Positions 18,002-27,898 of a stretch of DNA of 64,000 bases are shown one piece after another. The notes below the pieces were generated by a model. It searched no databases, was not told where the DNA came from, and saw only the letters and a list, made by a program, of their open reading frames with translations. The stretch is from an uncultured Clostridia bacterium (GTDB lineage Bacteria; Bacillota; Clostridia; TANB77; CAG-508), in assembly GCA_934168365.1 (NCBI GenBank), contig CAKPNJ010000006.1, forward strand, positions 937 to 64,936. Direction: 5' to 3'. The position numbers and the translations under genes are program-made. Position 1 is the stretch's first letter, and every line of letters starts with the position of its first letter.

Positions 18002-18778
18002 TTACCCTAGTGCTACATCTAAAATCATCATTATTACAAATCCAAGAGCAACTCCTATTGTTCCTATATTTGAATGTTCACCATTTTGAGATTCTGGTAT
18101 TAGCTCTTCAACAACTACATAAATCATAGCTCCTGCTGCAAATGATAATAAATATGGTAGTATTGGTACTACTGTGCTTGTAAGTAATATTGTAATAATT
18201 GCTCCTATTGGTTCTACTATGCCCGAAAGTGTTCCATACAAAAAGGCTTTTGATTTTGACATTCCTTCGCTTTTTAATGGCATTGATATAATTGCGCCTT
18301 CAGGAAAGTTTTGTATTGCAATTCCTATTGCTAAAGCAAATGCTCCTGCCATTGTTATTCCAGTATTTCCAATAAGTGCACCAGCAAATGTAACACCTAC
18401 TGCCATTCCTTCTGGTATATTGTGAAGTGTAACTGCAAATACCATCATTGTTGTTTTCTTAAGTTTTGCTTTTATTCCTTCTGTTTTATCATTATTTAAG
18501 TGTAAATGCGGAATTACACTATCAAGTACAAGTAAAAAGGCTATTCCTAGTATAAATCCAACTGCTGCTGGAATCCATGCTACTTTTCCTTGTTCACTTG
18601 CCATATCAATTGATGGTATAATTAAAGACCATATCGAAGCTGCAAGCATTACTCCTGATGCAAAACCTAATAGTAATTTTTCTACTTTTGAGTTCATCTT
18701 GTTTTTCATTAAAAATACCATTGCTGAGCCAAGTGTTGTTCCTAAAAAAGGTATTGCTAAACCTGTTACTAAATTCAT
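18002..18778 (-). CDS. ZIP-family divalent metal transporter (ZupT-like), copy 1
   Basis: 258 aa; HNIPEGMAVG and QNFPEG motifs. Confidence 0.85.
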   Translation of the reverse strand: MNLVTGLAIPFLGTTLGSAMVFLMKNKMNSKVEKLLLGFASGVMLAASIWSLIIPSIDMASEQGKVAWIPAAVGFILGIAFLLVLDSVIPHLHLNNDKTEGIKAKLKKTTMMVFAVTLHNIPEGMAVGVTFAGALIGNTGITMAGAFALAIGIAIQNFPEGAIISMPLKSEGMSKSKAFLYGTLSGIVEPIGAIITILLTSTVVPILPYLLSFAAGAMIYVVVEELIPESQNGEHSNIGTIGVALGFVIMMILDVALG

Positions 18779-18790
18779 AAAATCTCCTCC

Positions 18791-19441
18791 TTATTTATTT
18801 GTTTCTATAATAAATTTTAAATCTTCTATAGCCTTATCTATATTCATCATTCCATTTCCTATAGGATAATAAACTGGATATATTTTATAATTTTTCTTAC
18901 CTATTTCCTTAGAAAAGCTTTGTTTTCTGCATTGTGATACAGATATGTTTTTGTCTAAAACTATAGAACTTACTTGGTTTCCAAGTGTTATAATTATTTT
19001 AGGATTGATAATTTCTATCTCTTTGCAAAGTAAATCAAGATATTGACTATAAACTGAATTAGGCAGTACCCTTGCATCTGTTTGAGTACATTTTCCTAAA
19101 TTAGTAATGAAATATTTGTGTTTCTCTACATTTGAATATACCATATCAGCAAATTCTTCATCCCATTCTTGTGGTTTTTTTGAAATAATTCCTTGATATA
19201 TTTCTTCATCTAATAATCCAATTTTATAAAATAACTTCCATATATTTTTTGTACCTATCCAAGGTGATCTTCTTCCTTTCCATTGTGGGCATGAAGCAAT
19301 ATTTCTACCTGTTGGATTCATAAACACAAAGCAAATATTGGGATTTTTAGTGCACCCTCCATTATATATAGACATTAATTCTTTTGCTCCATATATTTTT
19401 TGTAACTTATCATATTCTACATTCAGTTCTTCTATTTTCAT
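18791..19441 (-). CDS. uracil-DNA glycosylase superfamily protein
   Basis: 216 aa; ICFVFMNPTGRN region typical of the UDG superfamily. Confidence 0.65.
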   Translation of the reverse strand: MKIEELNVEYDKLQKIYGAKELMSIYNGGCTKNPNICFVFMNPTGRNIASCPQWKGRRSPWIGTKNIWKLFYKIGLLDEEIYQGIISKKPQEWDEEFADMVYSNVEKHKYFITNLGKCTQTDARVLPNSVYSQYLDLLCKEIEIINPKIIITLGNQVSSIVLDKNISVSQCRKQSFSKEIGKKNYKIYPVYYPIGNGMMNIDKAIEDLKFIIETNK

Positions 19442-19482
19442 ATTTTTTCCTTTTAATTATTATTTGTTTTTTTTATATCACA

Positions 19483-19511
19483 AAAGCAAGTAATTTTCAA
19501 TTACTTGCTTT
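19483..19511 (-). terminator. intrinsic terminator (hairpin family variant)
   Basis: AAAGCAAGTAATT-ttc-AATTACTTGCTTT, followed on the minus strand by TTTTGTGATAT. Confidence 0.65.
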
Positions 19512-19515
19512 AGAT

Positions 19516-21483
19516 TTAAATTGATTTAATTATTTCTACAATATTATCTGCGGTCTTCTCGACACCATATTTGTCAACATTAAATGCAAAATCATAATTG
19601 TCGAAATTTTTCCATTCTCTATCAGTATAAAATTTATAGTGTTTTGCTCTTTCTTTATTTATTTTTTCAATTTCTTTTAATGCATTTTTTTCGTTTAGTC
19701 CATAATATTTAATAGCTCTCTCTTCTTTTGATTTCGAATCACTATATAGAAATATTTTTACACTGTCTTTATTATCTTTTAATATATAGTCTGCACATCT
19801 TCCAACTATAACACATGATTTTTTTGCTAAGTTATTTATTACTTCTTTTTCTGCGATAAATAATCTGTCATCATTATTGTTAATATATGTAGCCGACTTT
19901 TTCTTTTGGTCTATTTCTTCAATATATTGTTCTGAAAGTCCGGATTCTTTTGCAGATAAAGATATTAATTCCTTATCATAGAATGGAATACCTAATTTTT
20001 TAGAAACTAGTTTTCCAACAAACCTTCCTCCTGAGCCGTATTCTCTAGATATTGTAATAACTATATGTTTACCTTTATATGATGTATTTTGTTCTTGATT
20101 TTCTTCTACTTTTTCTTGTTTTGCTCCAAGCTTTTTATACTCTGATTTTAATATAAATATAGTTGATATAAAGCATAAAACATCTGATATACATCCTGCA
20201 TATAAAACTCCATATATTCCTTTATTAAATGCAAATGCTAATATTAGAGATATTGGTATTAGCAATATTATTTGTCTTATAAAGCTTACTGCAGTTGCTT
20301 TCCATACATGTCCTACAGATTGAATTACAATACTTGTTGTCATTTCTAAAGCATTTAATGCCATTACTAATAAAAAACTATGACACATAAGTGTAGCAAA
20401 TTCCATAAATAAATCATAAGATTCATCACTACTTGATATGAATATACCGGCTATTTGTTTAGGAAATAATACAAAGATTATATTGAATATTATTCCTATA
20501 ATAAAGTTAACAATTAATACATTTTTTATTGTTTCTTTTACTCTTAATTCATTTCCAGCACCATAGTTAAATCCAATAATTGGTTGTGATCCTATTGATA
20601 TTCCTAAAACTGTTGAAATATATAGGCTGTTTATTTTTGATATTACACCATATACAGATAATGGAATATCTGCTCCAAATTTTGTGTTTGCACCTAATTT
20701 AGTCATTATATTATTCATAAATATAAATAATATTAAAATAGTTGCTTGTGTTATAAATGAAGATAAACCTAATGATAATATTCTAAATATATTTTTATCT
20801 AGTTTAAAATCATCTTTAGTTAATTTTACAGATTTTATTTTTCCAATATATATAATTGCTATTAAAAATGATACTGCTTGTCCTATAACTGTTGCAATTG
20901 CTCCACCTTTTACTCCCATATTAAATCCAAAAATAAATATTGGATCTAATATTATATTTATAACTGCTCCTATTACTAACATTATCATTGAATATTTGGG
21001 TGATCCATCAGCTCTTATAATATTTGAAAGTGCTGAATATATTAGCATAAATGGAGCTCCTAGTATGATTATTTTTCCGTAATCAATAGCATAATTATAT
21101 ACACTATCTGTACAGCCAAATATGTATACTAATTGAGGTAAAAATATATAAGCAATTACACTAACTAATACAGATACTATTACTGACATACTTATTGCTT
21201 GCCCTATACTTTTAGCTGCCGATTTTTTATCATTTTCGCCTAATTTTAATGATAAATTTGCCGCTGCTCCATTTCCTATTAAACCTGCTAATGCATTGAA
21301 AATTATAACCAGTGGAAATATAACATTTGTTGCAGCATTTCCAAGTGTTCCTACTCCTTTTCCAATAAATATCTGATCAACAATATTGTAAACTGAATTT
21401 ATTAACATACTTATTACACAAGGTATAGCAAAAGCTAATAAAAGTTTACTGATTTTCTCTTTTCCCAAATCTAACTCTTTCAT
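19516..21483 (-). CDS. MATE efflux transporter fused to a C-terminal cytidylate-kinase-like domain
   Basis: 655 aa. About 450 aa of 12-TM MATE pattern, then ITISREYGSGGRFVGKLVSKKLGIPFYDKELI (cytidylate-kinase-like family). Confidence 0.75.
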   Translation of the reverse strand: MKELDLGKEKISKLLLAFAIPCVISMLINSVYNIVDQIFIGKGVGTLGNAATNVIFPLVIIFNALAGLIGNGAAANLSLKLGENDKKSAAKSIGQAISMSVIVSVLVSVIAYIFLPQLVYIFGCTDSVYNYAIDYGKIIILGAPFMLIYSALSNIIRADGSPKYSMIMLVIGAVINIILDPIFIFGFNMGVKGGAIATVIGQAVSFLIAIIYIGKIKSVKLTKDDFKLDKNIFRILSLGLSSFITQATILILFIFMNNIMTKLGANTKFGADIPLSVYGVISKINSLYISTVLGISIGSQPIIGFNYGAGNELRVKETIKNVLIVNFIIGIIFNIIFVLFPKQIAGIFISSSDESYDLFMEFATLMCHSFLLVMALNALEMTTSIVIQSVGHVWKATAVSFIRQIILLIPISLILAFAFNKGIYGVLYAGCISDVLCFISTIFILKSEYKKLGAKQEKVEENQEQNTSYKGKHIVITISREYGSGGRFVGKLVSKKLGIPFYDKELISLSAKESGLSEQYIEEIDQKKKSATYINNNDDRLFIAEKEVINNLAKKSCVIVGRCADYILKDNKDSVKIFLYSDSKSKEERAIKYYGLNEKNALKEIEKINKERAKHYKFYTDREWKNFDNYDFAFNVDKYGVEKTADNIVEIIKSI

Positions 21484-21568
21484 AATTCTCTCCTTCTTAA
21501 TTTTTTGCGAACTTATAAATTATATCATAAAAAAATTTTTTGTGTAAGTTTTTATTCTTAAAAAGTCG

Positions 21569-21599
21569 AAAAAAACGAATAACCAAGTATTCGTTTTTT
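21569..21599 (-). terminator. intrinsic terminator after the NUDIX gene (could act in both directions)
   Basis: AAAAACGAATA-accaag-TATTCGTTTTTT. Confidence 0.6.
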
Positions 21600-21699
21600 A
21601 ACTTTATTATCATTTAAACGTTACCCCTACTTCATTCAATGATATTCTTTTATAGTTGCTCAATCCATACTTCTATCTCTTTTTCAGGTGTAACAAAAC

Positions 21700-22116
21700 T
21701 TAATATTTAATTCCATCTCTCAAATATACCTTTATTTGTTTTATGATATGAGGAATATTATAGTTACCTGCAAATTTTTCATTCTTTAATAATTCTTCAT
21801 TTATAGTTACCCATTCAAGTTTATTTTTTTCTTCTACCAAAGTTACTTCATTTTTTAATATTCCATAATATACTTGTAAATTATTTTCATATTTAAAGTA
21901 ATTTAAATCCATAAAATGGTCTAACTCAATATCATTACTGCTTATTCCTGTTTCTTCAAATAGCTCTCTATAAGCCGCTTCATCATTTGGTTCATTTTCT
22001 TCTACTTTGCCTCCAACAAAATTATATAAACCTTTGTATGGCTCTTTTGCTCTAATACAAAATAGAGCTTTTGTTAAATCTTTATTAAATACTACTATTA
22101 AATTAAATCTTTTCAT
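21700..22116 (-). CDS. NUDIX hydrolase
   Basis: GGKVEENEPNDEAAYRELFEETG Nudix box. Confidence 0.85.
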   Translation of the reverse strand: MKRFNLIVVFNKDLTKALFCIRAKEPYKGLYNFVGGKVEENEPNDEAAYRELFEETGISSNDIELDHFMDLNYFKYENNLQVYYGILKNEVTLVEEKNKLEWVTINEELLKNEKFAGNYNIPHIIKQIKVYLRDGIKY

Positions 22117-22131
22117 AATTTCACTCCTATT

Positions 22132-22911
22132 TTATTTTGCAGTTCCTATATTAATTTTTTTTGCTACTTTTCTATTTAATTTCAGACTTCCAAATCTTGT
22201 TGCAAATGCTATCAATTTATTATGAAATCCAACTACATATACTGCTTTGTTTTTCATCATTGCTTTATAGCTTTTTTCTGCAACTTCTTTAGCTGTATCC
22301 ACTTTCATCTTTTTAAACATATATGATTTTTTCATTGATGCTCTTTCTTCAAATTTTGTTTTAGTTGGTCCTGGGCAAATTGCAGTTACAACTACTCCTT
22401 GGTCTTTTAGCTCTTCATATAATCCTTCTGAAAAAGAACGTACAAATGCTTTTGAAGCATAATACATTGTCATAAATGGTCCTGGTTCAAATGAAGCAAT
22501 TGATGCAATATTCATAATTCTTCCACTTTTTCTTTTTGCCATATCTTGTCCAAACATATATGATAATTGCATAACAGCCATCATATTTACCATTGCAAGA
22601 TTTTTTTGTTTTTGCCATTCAACATCAATATAATTTCCATAGGTTGCAAATCCAGCATTATTTATCAATATATCTATTTCTATATTACTTGCTTTAACTT
22701 CATTATATATTTCTGAATAGCTTTCTTCTATGCTTAAATCTTTTACGATATATTTTACAGATATATTATATTTACTCTCTAAAGTTTGCTTTTGCTCTTT
22801 TAATTTTTCTTCATTCATTGCTACTGTTATCAAATTATATCCCTTTTCAGCAAATAATTCTGCAAACTCTTTCCCAATACCACTTGTAGTTCCTGTAATT
22901 AACGTATACAT
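22132..22911 (-). CDS. short-chain dehydrogenase/reductase (SDR)
   Basis: TGTTSGIG cofactor motif; YYASK catalytic motif. Confidence 0.85.
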   Translation of the reverse strand: MYTLITGTTSGIGKEFAELFAEKGYNLITVAMNEEKLKEQKQTLESKYNISVKYIVKDLSIEESYSEIYNEVKASNIEIDILINNAGFATYGNYIDVEWQKQKNLAMVNMMAVMQLSYMFGQDMAKRKSGRIMNIASIASFEPGPFMTMYYASKAFVRSFSEGLYEELKDQGVVVTAICPGPTKTKFEERASMKKSYMFKKMKVDTAKEVAEKSYKAMMKNKAVYVVGFHNKLIAFATRFGSLKLNRKVAKKINIGTAK

Positions 22912-22947
22912 ATTCCTTTCCTTCTTTCTTGTCTATTTTATATCATA

Positions 22948-22976
22948 AAAGCAGATAATTTTCAATTACCTGCTTT
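22948..22976 (-). terminator. intrinsic terminator (CAGATA hairpin family)
   Basis: AAAGCAGaTAATT-ttc-AATTAcCTGCTTT. Confidence 0.6.
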
Positions 22977-22989
22977 CATTTTACCTCTC

Positions 22990-23685
22990 TTAATTTTTAT
23001 TATGCTCTATACCTGATGTTTTTTCTCTTAAATTTGCTACTATTCCATTTTTCTTTTCTTGCCATTGCTTTGAATTTATTTGTTCAAATCTTATTAATGC
23101 AGTTCCAATGTTTTTATCATGTCCAAAAATGTGTGTGGCAAGTTGAGCTTCTGGAGTTTCTTGTACAAACTTTTCATCACTAAGCTGTTTTTTACTATAT
23201 GAATGGGTTGTAAAGTCTAATTCTTCTAAAAATTTCATCTCTCTTTTTATTACTGCTGGAGATATCATATATATACTATCTTTATCTTTAAACCTATAAA
23301 AACCTCCATCTCGCATTTCTTTTATTTTATTAATTGCATCTAATAACTGTAAGTTGACTAGAGCTATTGTTTTTGATATTCCATTTTGGGCCATTAGTTC
23401 ATGTAAGTCTGTTGGTAAGTGTAAATGAATACAATTACTTGATATTCCATAAGTAAACATATCATTAATAGGATATTTTTCATCATTTCTACTTTGAGAA
23501 ATTTCTTCTATTTTCTTTGACAATTTTTCTCTTATATTCTCTTCATTGTTTCCAAATCTTTCTGTAATTTGCTCAATTTCAGTATCACTTTTCATATCTA
23601 ATTGACCAAGTAAATGATTTACTGCTATTTCGTTTTCTGGTGTTCTCATTGATATTAAAATATTTTTCACTTCTTTTTTATTCAT
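22990..23685 (-). CDS. hypothetical protein
   Basis: 231-aa ORF, no family recognised. Confidence 0.4.
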   Translation of the reverse strand: MNKKEVKNILISMRTPENEIAVNHLLGQLDMKSDTEIEQITERFGNNEENIREKLSKKIEEISQSRNDEKYPINDMFTYGISSNCIHLHLPTDLHELMAQNGISKTIALVNLQLLDAINKIKEMRDGGFYRFKDKDSIYMISPAVIKREMKFLEELDFTTHSYSKKQLSDEKFVQETPEAQLATHIFGHDKNIGTALIRFEQINSKQWQEKKNGIVANLREKTSGIEHNKN

Positions 23686-23750
23686 TATAATATCACTTCC
23701 CTTTTACTAATTATAACATAAATAGCAAAATTTAGTAAATAATTCATGTT

Positions 23751-24482
23751 TTATTTATTATCACTGATCATTTTTCTTTTAAACACTATTATTGATATTG
23801 CTAAAATTGCAATTGTGTATATTAAAAATACTATTATATTTCTTAGGCTTATTATTTGAATGTTATTGTTCATTATTCCTTTTATAATTTTTACACAACT
23901 TTCGAATGGAAGTATGTTGCATATTTTTGCAAATACATCTCCTAACATTTCTTTTGGAAAATACATTTCTCCTGTAAAGCATACTAATTGTACTACAATA
24001 CTTGATATTCCCGATGATGCTTTTTCTGTAAATGTGCTTCCTATCAATATTCCTATTGCTATAAATAATATTGCAATAACGATAGATACCAAAATTGCCA
24101 ATATGATGTTTATGCTAAAGCTTAATCCTAAGATTATGGCTAATATAAAAAATAATACATTTTGAATAATTATTATTGGAATTATTGAGATTATATAGCC
24201 TAATATATATTCCACTGGTTTCATTGGACTTGTGCCAAGTCTAATTAGTAATGATGTACTTCTGTCTTTTGCAACAAGCATAGCTGTAAAAAGTGTTAAA
24301 AAAGAAAATCCAAAAATAATTATTCCTGGTGTAAAGTTTTCTAATTTATAGTTTTCACTTGGTATATTAAATTGTTGAAATATAAAAAGTAAAAATAATG
24401 GCAATAGAATTGCAAATATTATACTTAATGGATCTCTTATTATTTCTTTAAAATTTCTTTTGGCAAAGTTTATTATTCTCAT
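23751..24482 (-). CDS. ABC-2 type transporter permease
   Basis: 243 aa, 6 TM helices, 4-nt overlap with the upstream ATPase gene. Confidence 0.75.
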   Translation of the reverse strand: MRIINFAKRNFKEIIRDPLSIIFAILLPLFLLFIFQQFNIPSENYKLENFTPGIIIFGFSFLTLFTAMLVAKDRSTSLLIRLGTSPMKPVEYILGYIISIIPIIIIQNVLFFILAIILGLSFSINIILAILVSIVIAILFIAIGILIGSTFTEKASSGISSIVVQLVCFTGEMYFPKEMLGDVFAKICNILPFESCVKIIKGIMNNNIQIISLRNIIVFLIYTIAILAISIIVFKRKMISDNK

Positions 24483-25201
24483 AATTCTCCTCCTGTTGCT
24501 ATTTTTACAAAAGCATCTTCAAAATCTTTTGCATTTGATTTTTCTATTAACTCTTTTGGAGTTCCTACATCTATTAAGCTTCCTTTTGCCATTATTCCAA
24601 CTCTATCTGATAAACTTTCTGCTTCTTCCATATAATGTGTAGTTAGTATAATTGTTATTTTTCCTTTTTGACTTTCTATAATACTCCATAATTCTCTTCT
24701 TGCAATAACATCTAAGCCTAATGTAGGTTCGTCAAGAAATAGTATTTGTGGATTATTTATTAAAGCCATTGCAATAGATACTTTTCTTTGCCATCCTCCA
24801 GATAAAGTTTTTGCCTTTTGATTTAGCACTTCTTCTAGTTTAAATGTTTTTACTAATTCATCAATTTTTTCTTTTGGATTTTTTATCTGATATACTCCTG
24901 CTATAAATTCCAAATTCTCTTTTACAGATAAGTTCATTGCAATTGCAGTTTCTTGTGGTGATACATTTAAAATTTCTTTTATTTTTTGTTTGTCTTTATT
25001 TATATCTAATCCATTTATTCTTATGTTTCCACTAGTAGGTAAAATCAAGGTAGATAGCATTTTTATTGTAGTGGTCTTTCCTGCTCCATTTGTACCTAAC
25101 AAAGCAAAAAGCTCTCCTTGTTTTATTTTTAAACTAACATTATTAACTGCTGTTTTTTCTTTAAATTTTTTAGTTAGATTTTCAATTTCAATTGAATACA
25201 T
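24479..25201 (-). CDS. ABC transporter ATP-binding protein
   Basis: Walker A GTNGAGKTT, signature LSGGWQRK, Walker B ILFLDEP. Confidence 0.9.
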   Translation of the reverse strand: MYSIEIENLTKKFKEKTAVNNVSLKIKQGELFALLGTNGAGKTTTIKMLSTLILPTSGNIRINGLDINKDKQKIKEILNVSPQETAIAMNLSVKENLEFIAGVYQIKNPKEKIDELVKTFKLEEVLNQKAKTLSGGWQRKVSIAMALINNPQILFLDEPTLGLDVIARRELWSIIESQKGKITIILTTHYMEEAESLSDRVGIMAKGSLIDVGTPKELIEKSNAKDFEDAFVKIATGGEL

Positions 25202-25203
25202 TT

Positions 25204-25407
25204 TTACTCATCTCCTTTTTGGAATATTTTATTTGATAAATCTTCAATAATATCAGACTTTACTAAAACTATTCCTTGTTTTTTATCACATAAAACAACA
25301 ATTGAATCTCCTGGATTTATATTAAACATTTCTCTTGCTTCCTTTGGTATTACAATTTGTCCCTTTTCACCAACTTTGCAAATACCAACATATTTATCTT
25401 TATTCAT
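25204..25407 (-). CDS. AbrB/MazE/SpoVT-family DNA-binding protein
   Basis: 67 aa; GQIVIPKEAREMFNINPGD swapped-hairpin motif. Confidence 0.75.
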   Translation of the reverse strand: MNKDKYVGICKVGEKGQIVIPKEAREMFNINPGDSIVVLCDKKQGIVLVKSDIIEDLSNKIFQKGDE

Positions 25408-25468
25408 AATTTTCTCCTTTCGGCTCAGTTATACTTTTCGTACTTATTATACTTTACCGACATTAAAA

Positions 25469-25495
25469 AAGCAACATCTTTTTAAAATGTTGCTT
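25469..25495 (-). terminator. intrinsic terminator after the DUF898 gene
   Basis: AAGCAACAT-ctttttaaa-ATGTTGCTT plus U-run on the minus strand. Confidence 0.6.
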
Positions 25496-25502
25496 GAATA
25501 TT

Positions 25503-26891
25503 TTAATATGAAATGTTTTTAGTGTTGCCATCTTTTAATAATACTTTTAAATATCTTTTACCATTTTCTATTCCTAAAAACTCTGCAACTGAACTTGCAA
25601 CTTTAGTTTTAGTTTGATTTGGATTACCAGAACTTGGATTATGTATTACATACAAGTCGTTATTTTTAGTTATATAATATAGGTCAATTTTACTACCACT
25701 AGAAACTTTATATAAATATTTTGCATTAGTTCCTTCAATTAGTATTGCTCCTGTACTTTCGCTTATTGCAATTCCATTGCCTTCAATACTTGCTACTAAA
25801 TCACTTGTATGGTCTGGTGCTCCTTCAGTTGCAACATAATCAATTAGTGTTACAGTTGTATATCTTTTAAAGTCTTTTGTAGTATATGTTACTTTATTGG
25901 TATTTGAACTTGTACTACTACTGTTTTCGGTTGAGTTTGTATTATTTGAATTTGCATTATTATTTGTATTTGAGTTAATATTTTTATTTGGTGTATTTAT
26001 TGTTGCAATTTGCTTATTACCACTTGATGGTATTTTTTCATCTTTATTAAATATTTCTTCAAAATCAATGCCATCATCCATAATTTTATCAAAATCAACA
26101 TTTTTGTATGTAAAAGACACCACTCCTACAATTAACATAATCGCTAATATTATTCCTAATACAGCTGGAGCCATTGATGTTTTTGGCTCTTCTTCATCTT
26201 TTAGTTTTATGTGTGTGTTTTTAGCTTTCCAGTTTTCGATTTTTATTGGTAGCCATAGTCCAAAAATTCCAAATGTGATAATACATAAAAACCACCATAA
26301 TAGATAATTTCCTATTAAACTTAATGATTTTCCTGTAAATATTATTTTTTTGCGGTTTATAATAGTATGTTTTGCAAACCATCTTTGTCTATAACATACT
26401 ACAAATGGATATAATAGACCAAATGAAATAAAGGTTAATATTTTGCTAAATAAGTTTACTCCAATTATTCCTAGTACTCCACCATCAAAGTAACTGTCTC
26501 CTTTGACAAATTCTTCTTTTTCAAAATGAATATTTGAAACTATCCATTGTTCTTTTTTAATTGGAACCCAAAAGCCATAAATTCCTAAAGTGATAATTGT
26601 AAGGAAAATCCATTTGAATTTTTGTACAAATAAAGATGCTCCTGTACCCTCAAATTTAAGTCTTTTTCCATTGTATACTGTATGATCTATAGTATACGCA
26701 ATAAGTAATTTTTCTGCCCAAGCATGGGCAATTCCCAATGTTACAGCAGTTATGATAAATGCTAAAATCCTGTAACCTAACCATTCTAATACCTTTCCAT
26801 CAAAGTATGAATCTGTTCTTTCTGCTTGTTTTACTTTTTGAATTTCATCATATTGTGTGTCTGCTATTTGTTCGTTCTTTTGTTCCTCCAT
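25503..26891 (-). CDS. DUF898 (YjgN-like) membrane protein with Asn/Ser/Thr-rich linker and extra C-terminal domain
   Basis: Two YFDG...GI..W repeats typical of DUF898, a low-complexity NNANSNNTNSTENSSSTSS linker, then a C-terminal domain of about 130 aa. Confidence 0.6.
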   Translation of the reverse strand: MEEQKNEQIADTQYDEIQKVKQAERTDSYFDGKVLEWLGYRILAFIITAVTLGIAHAWAEKLLIAYTIDHTVYNGKRLKFEGTGASLFVQKFKWIFLTIITLGIYGFWVPIKKEQWIVSNIHFEKEEFVKGDSYFDGGVLGIIGVNLFSKILTFISFGLLYPFVVCYRQRWFAKHTIINRKKIIFTGKSLSLIGNYLLWWFLCIITFGIFGLWLPIKIENWKAKNTHIKLKDEEEPKTSMAPAVLGIILAIMLIVGVVSFTYKNVDFDKIMDDGIDFEEIFNKDEKIPSSGNKQIATINTPNKNINSNTNNNANSNNTNSTENSSSTSSNTNKVTYTTKDFKRYTTVTLIDYVATEGAPDHTSDLVASIEGNGIAISESTGAILIEGTNAKYLYKVSSGSKIDLYYITKNNDLYVIHNPSSGNPNQTKTKVASSVAEFLGIENGKRYLKVLLKDGNTKNISY

Positions 26892-26965
26892 TATAAATTT
26901 CCCCCTTTTTTATATACAATATATATATCATAACTATTATTTTTTTACAAGTAAATCACAAAAAT

Positions 26966-26991
26966 AAGGTCGAATTTTAGAATTCAACCTT
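26966..26991 (-). terminator. intrinsic terminator after ZIP copy 2
   Basis: AAGGTcGAATT-ttag-AATTCaACCTT, followed on the minus strand by ATTTTTGTGAT. Confidence 0.55.
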
Positions 26992-27009
26992 ATCCTAATT
27001 GCTTAATTT

Positions 27010-27816
27010 TTATCCTAACGCAACATCTAATACCATCATTAAAACAAAACCAAAAATTAAACCAAAAGTAGATAAATTTTTATTGCCAATTATTGATTCT
27101 GGCAAAAGCTCTCTTGCAACTACTATTATCATTGCTCCTGCTGCAAATGATAATAAAAATGGTAACATACTTCTTATATACATTACAAGTATTGCACCTA
27201 TCACAGCTGATACAGGTTCAACTAAAGCCGATGCCTGCCCTATCATAAAGCTTTTGAATCTTGAATATCCTTCTGTACGAAGTGGCAATGATACAGCCGC
27301 CCCTTCTGGAAAGTTTTGTATTCCTATGCCAAGTGCCAACATAACTGCACCAATTAGTGTCATTCCTGGCACTCCACTTGCTATTCCTCCAAAAGCTACA
27401 CCTACTGCCATTCCTTCTGGTATATTGTGAATTGTAATTGCTGCTATTAAAAGTATGCTTCTCTTTAATGATCCTTTACCATTTATGCTTTTTCTATTTT
27501 TTAGCATTTTATCCAAGAACTTATCTGATATTAACACAAACAACCCACCTGTAATAAATCCAATAGTCGGTAACGCCCATGCTATGTATCCAAGTTCTTG
27601 TGATAAATCAATTGATGGTTCTAATAAAGACCAAAATGCTGCTGCAATCATTACTCCTGCACTAAAGCCTAATATTGCATTTAATATTTTACTATTTACT
27701 TCTTTGAAGAAGCAAACTACAAGAGCTCCTAATGCTGTTACTCCCCACGTAAATGTTGTTGCTAGTAATGCTTGAATTACTGGGTTTAATGTTTCAAACC
27801 AATCCAATTTATTCAC
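27010..27816 (-). CDS. ZIP-family divalent metal transporter, copy 2
   Basis: 268 aa; the same HNIPEGMAVG / QNFPEG motifs as 18002..18778. Confidence 0.85.
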   Translation of the reverse strand: MNKLDWFETLNPVIQALLATTFTWGVTALGALVVCFFKEVNSKILNAILGFSAGVMIAAAFWSLLEPSIDLSQELGYIAWALPTIGFITGGLFVLISDKFLDKMLKNRKSINGKGSLKRSILLIAAITIHNIPEGMAVGVAFGGIASGVPGMTLIGAVMLALGIGIQNFPEGAAVSLPLRTEGYSRFKSFMIGQASALVEPVSAVIGAILVMYIRSMLPFLLSFAAGAMIIVVARELLPESIIGNKNLSTFGLIFGFVLMMVLDVALG

Positions 27817-27856
27817 CTCACATTACATAATATGTTTCTTTGATATGTAATGTGAT

Positions 27857-27892
27857 AAAAGCAAACAACTAATTTTCTAGTTATTTGCTTTT
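27857..27892 (-). terminator. intrinsic terminator
   Basis: AAAAGCAAAcAACTA-attttc-TAGTTaTTTGCTTTT. Confidence 0.55.
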
Positions 27893-27898
27893 AGTTAA

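Noticed and set aside
2079-22976. Repeated hairpins considered as a possible CRISPR array or MITE cluster.
   Set aside because: The copies are kilobases apart, each sits at a gene's 3' end, and there are no regular spacers or cas genes. They are treated as a terminator family instead and reported as a finding.
25897-26307. An Asn/Ser/Thr-rich stretch inside the DUF898 gene, considered as a DNA-level tandem repeat or contingency locus.
   Set aside because: It is a compositional low-complexity linker (AAT/AGT/ACT-rich) without exact tandem units, so slippage-prone repeats are not evident.
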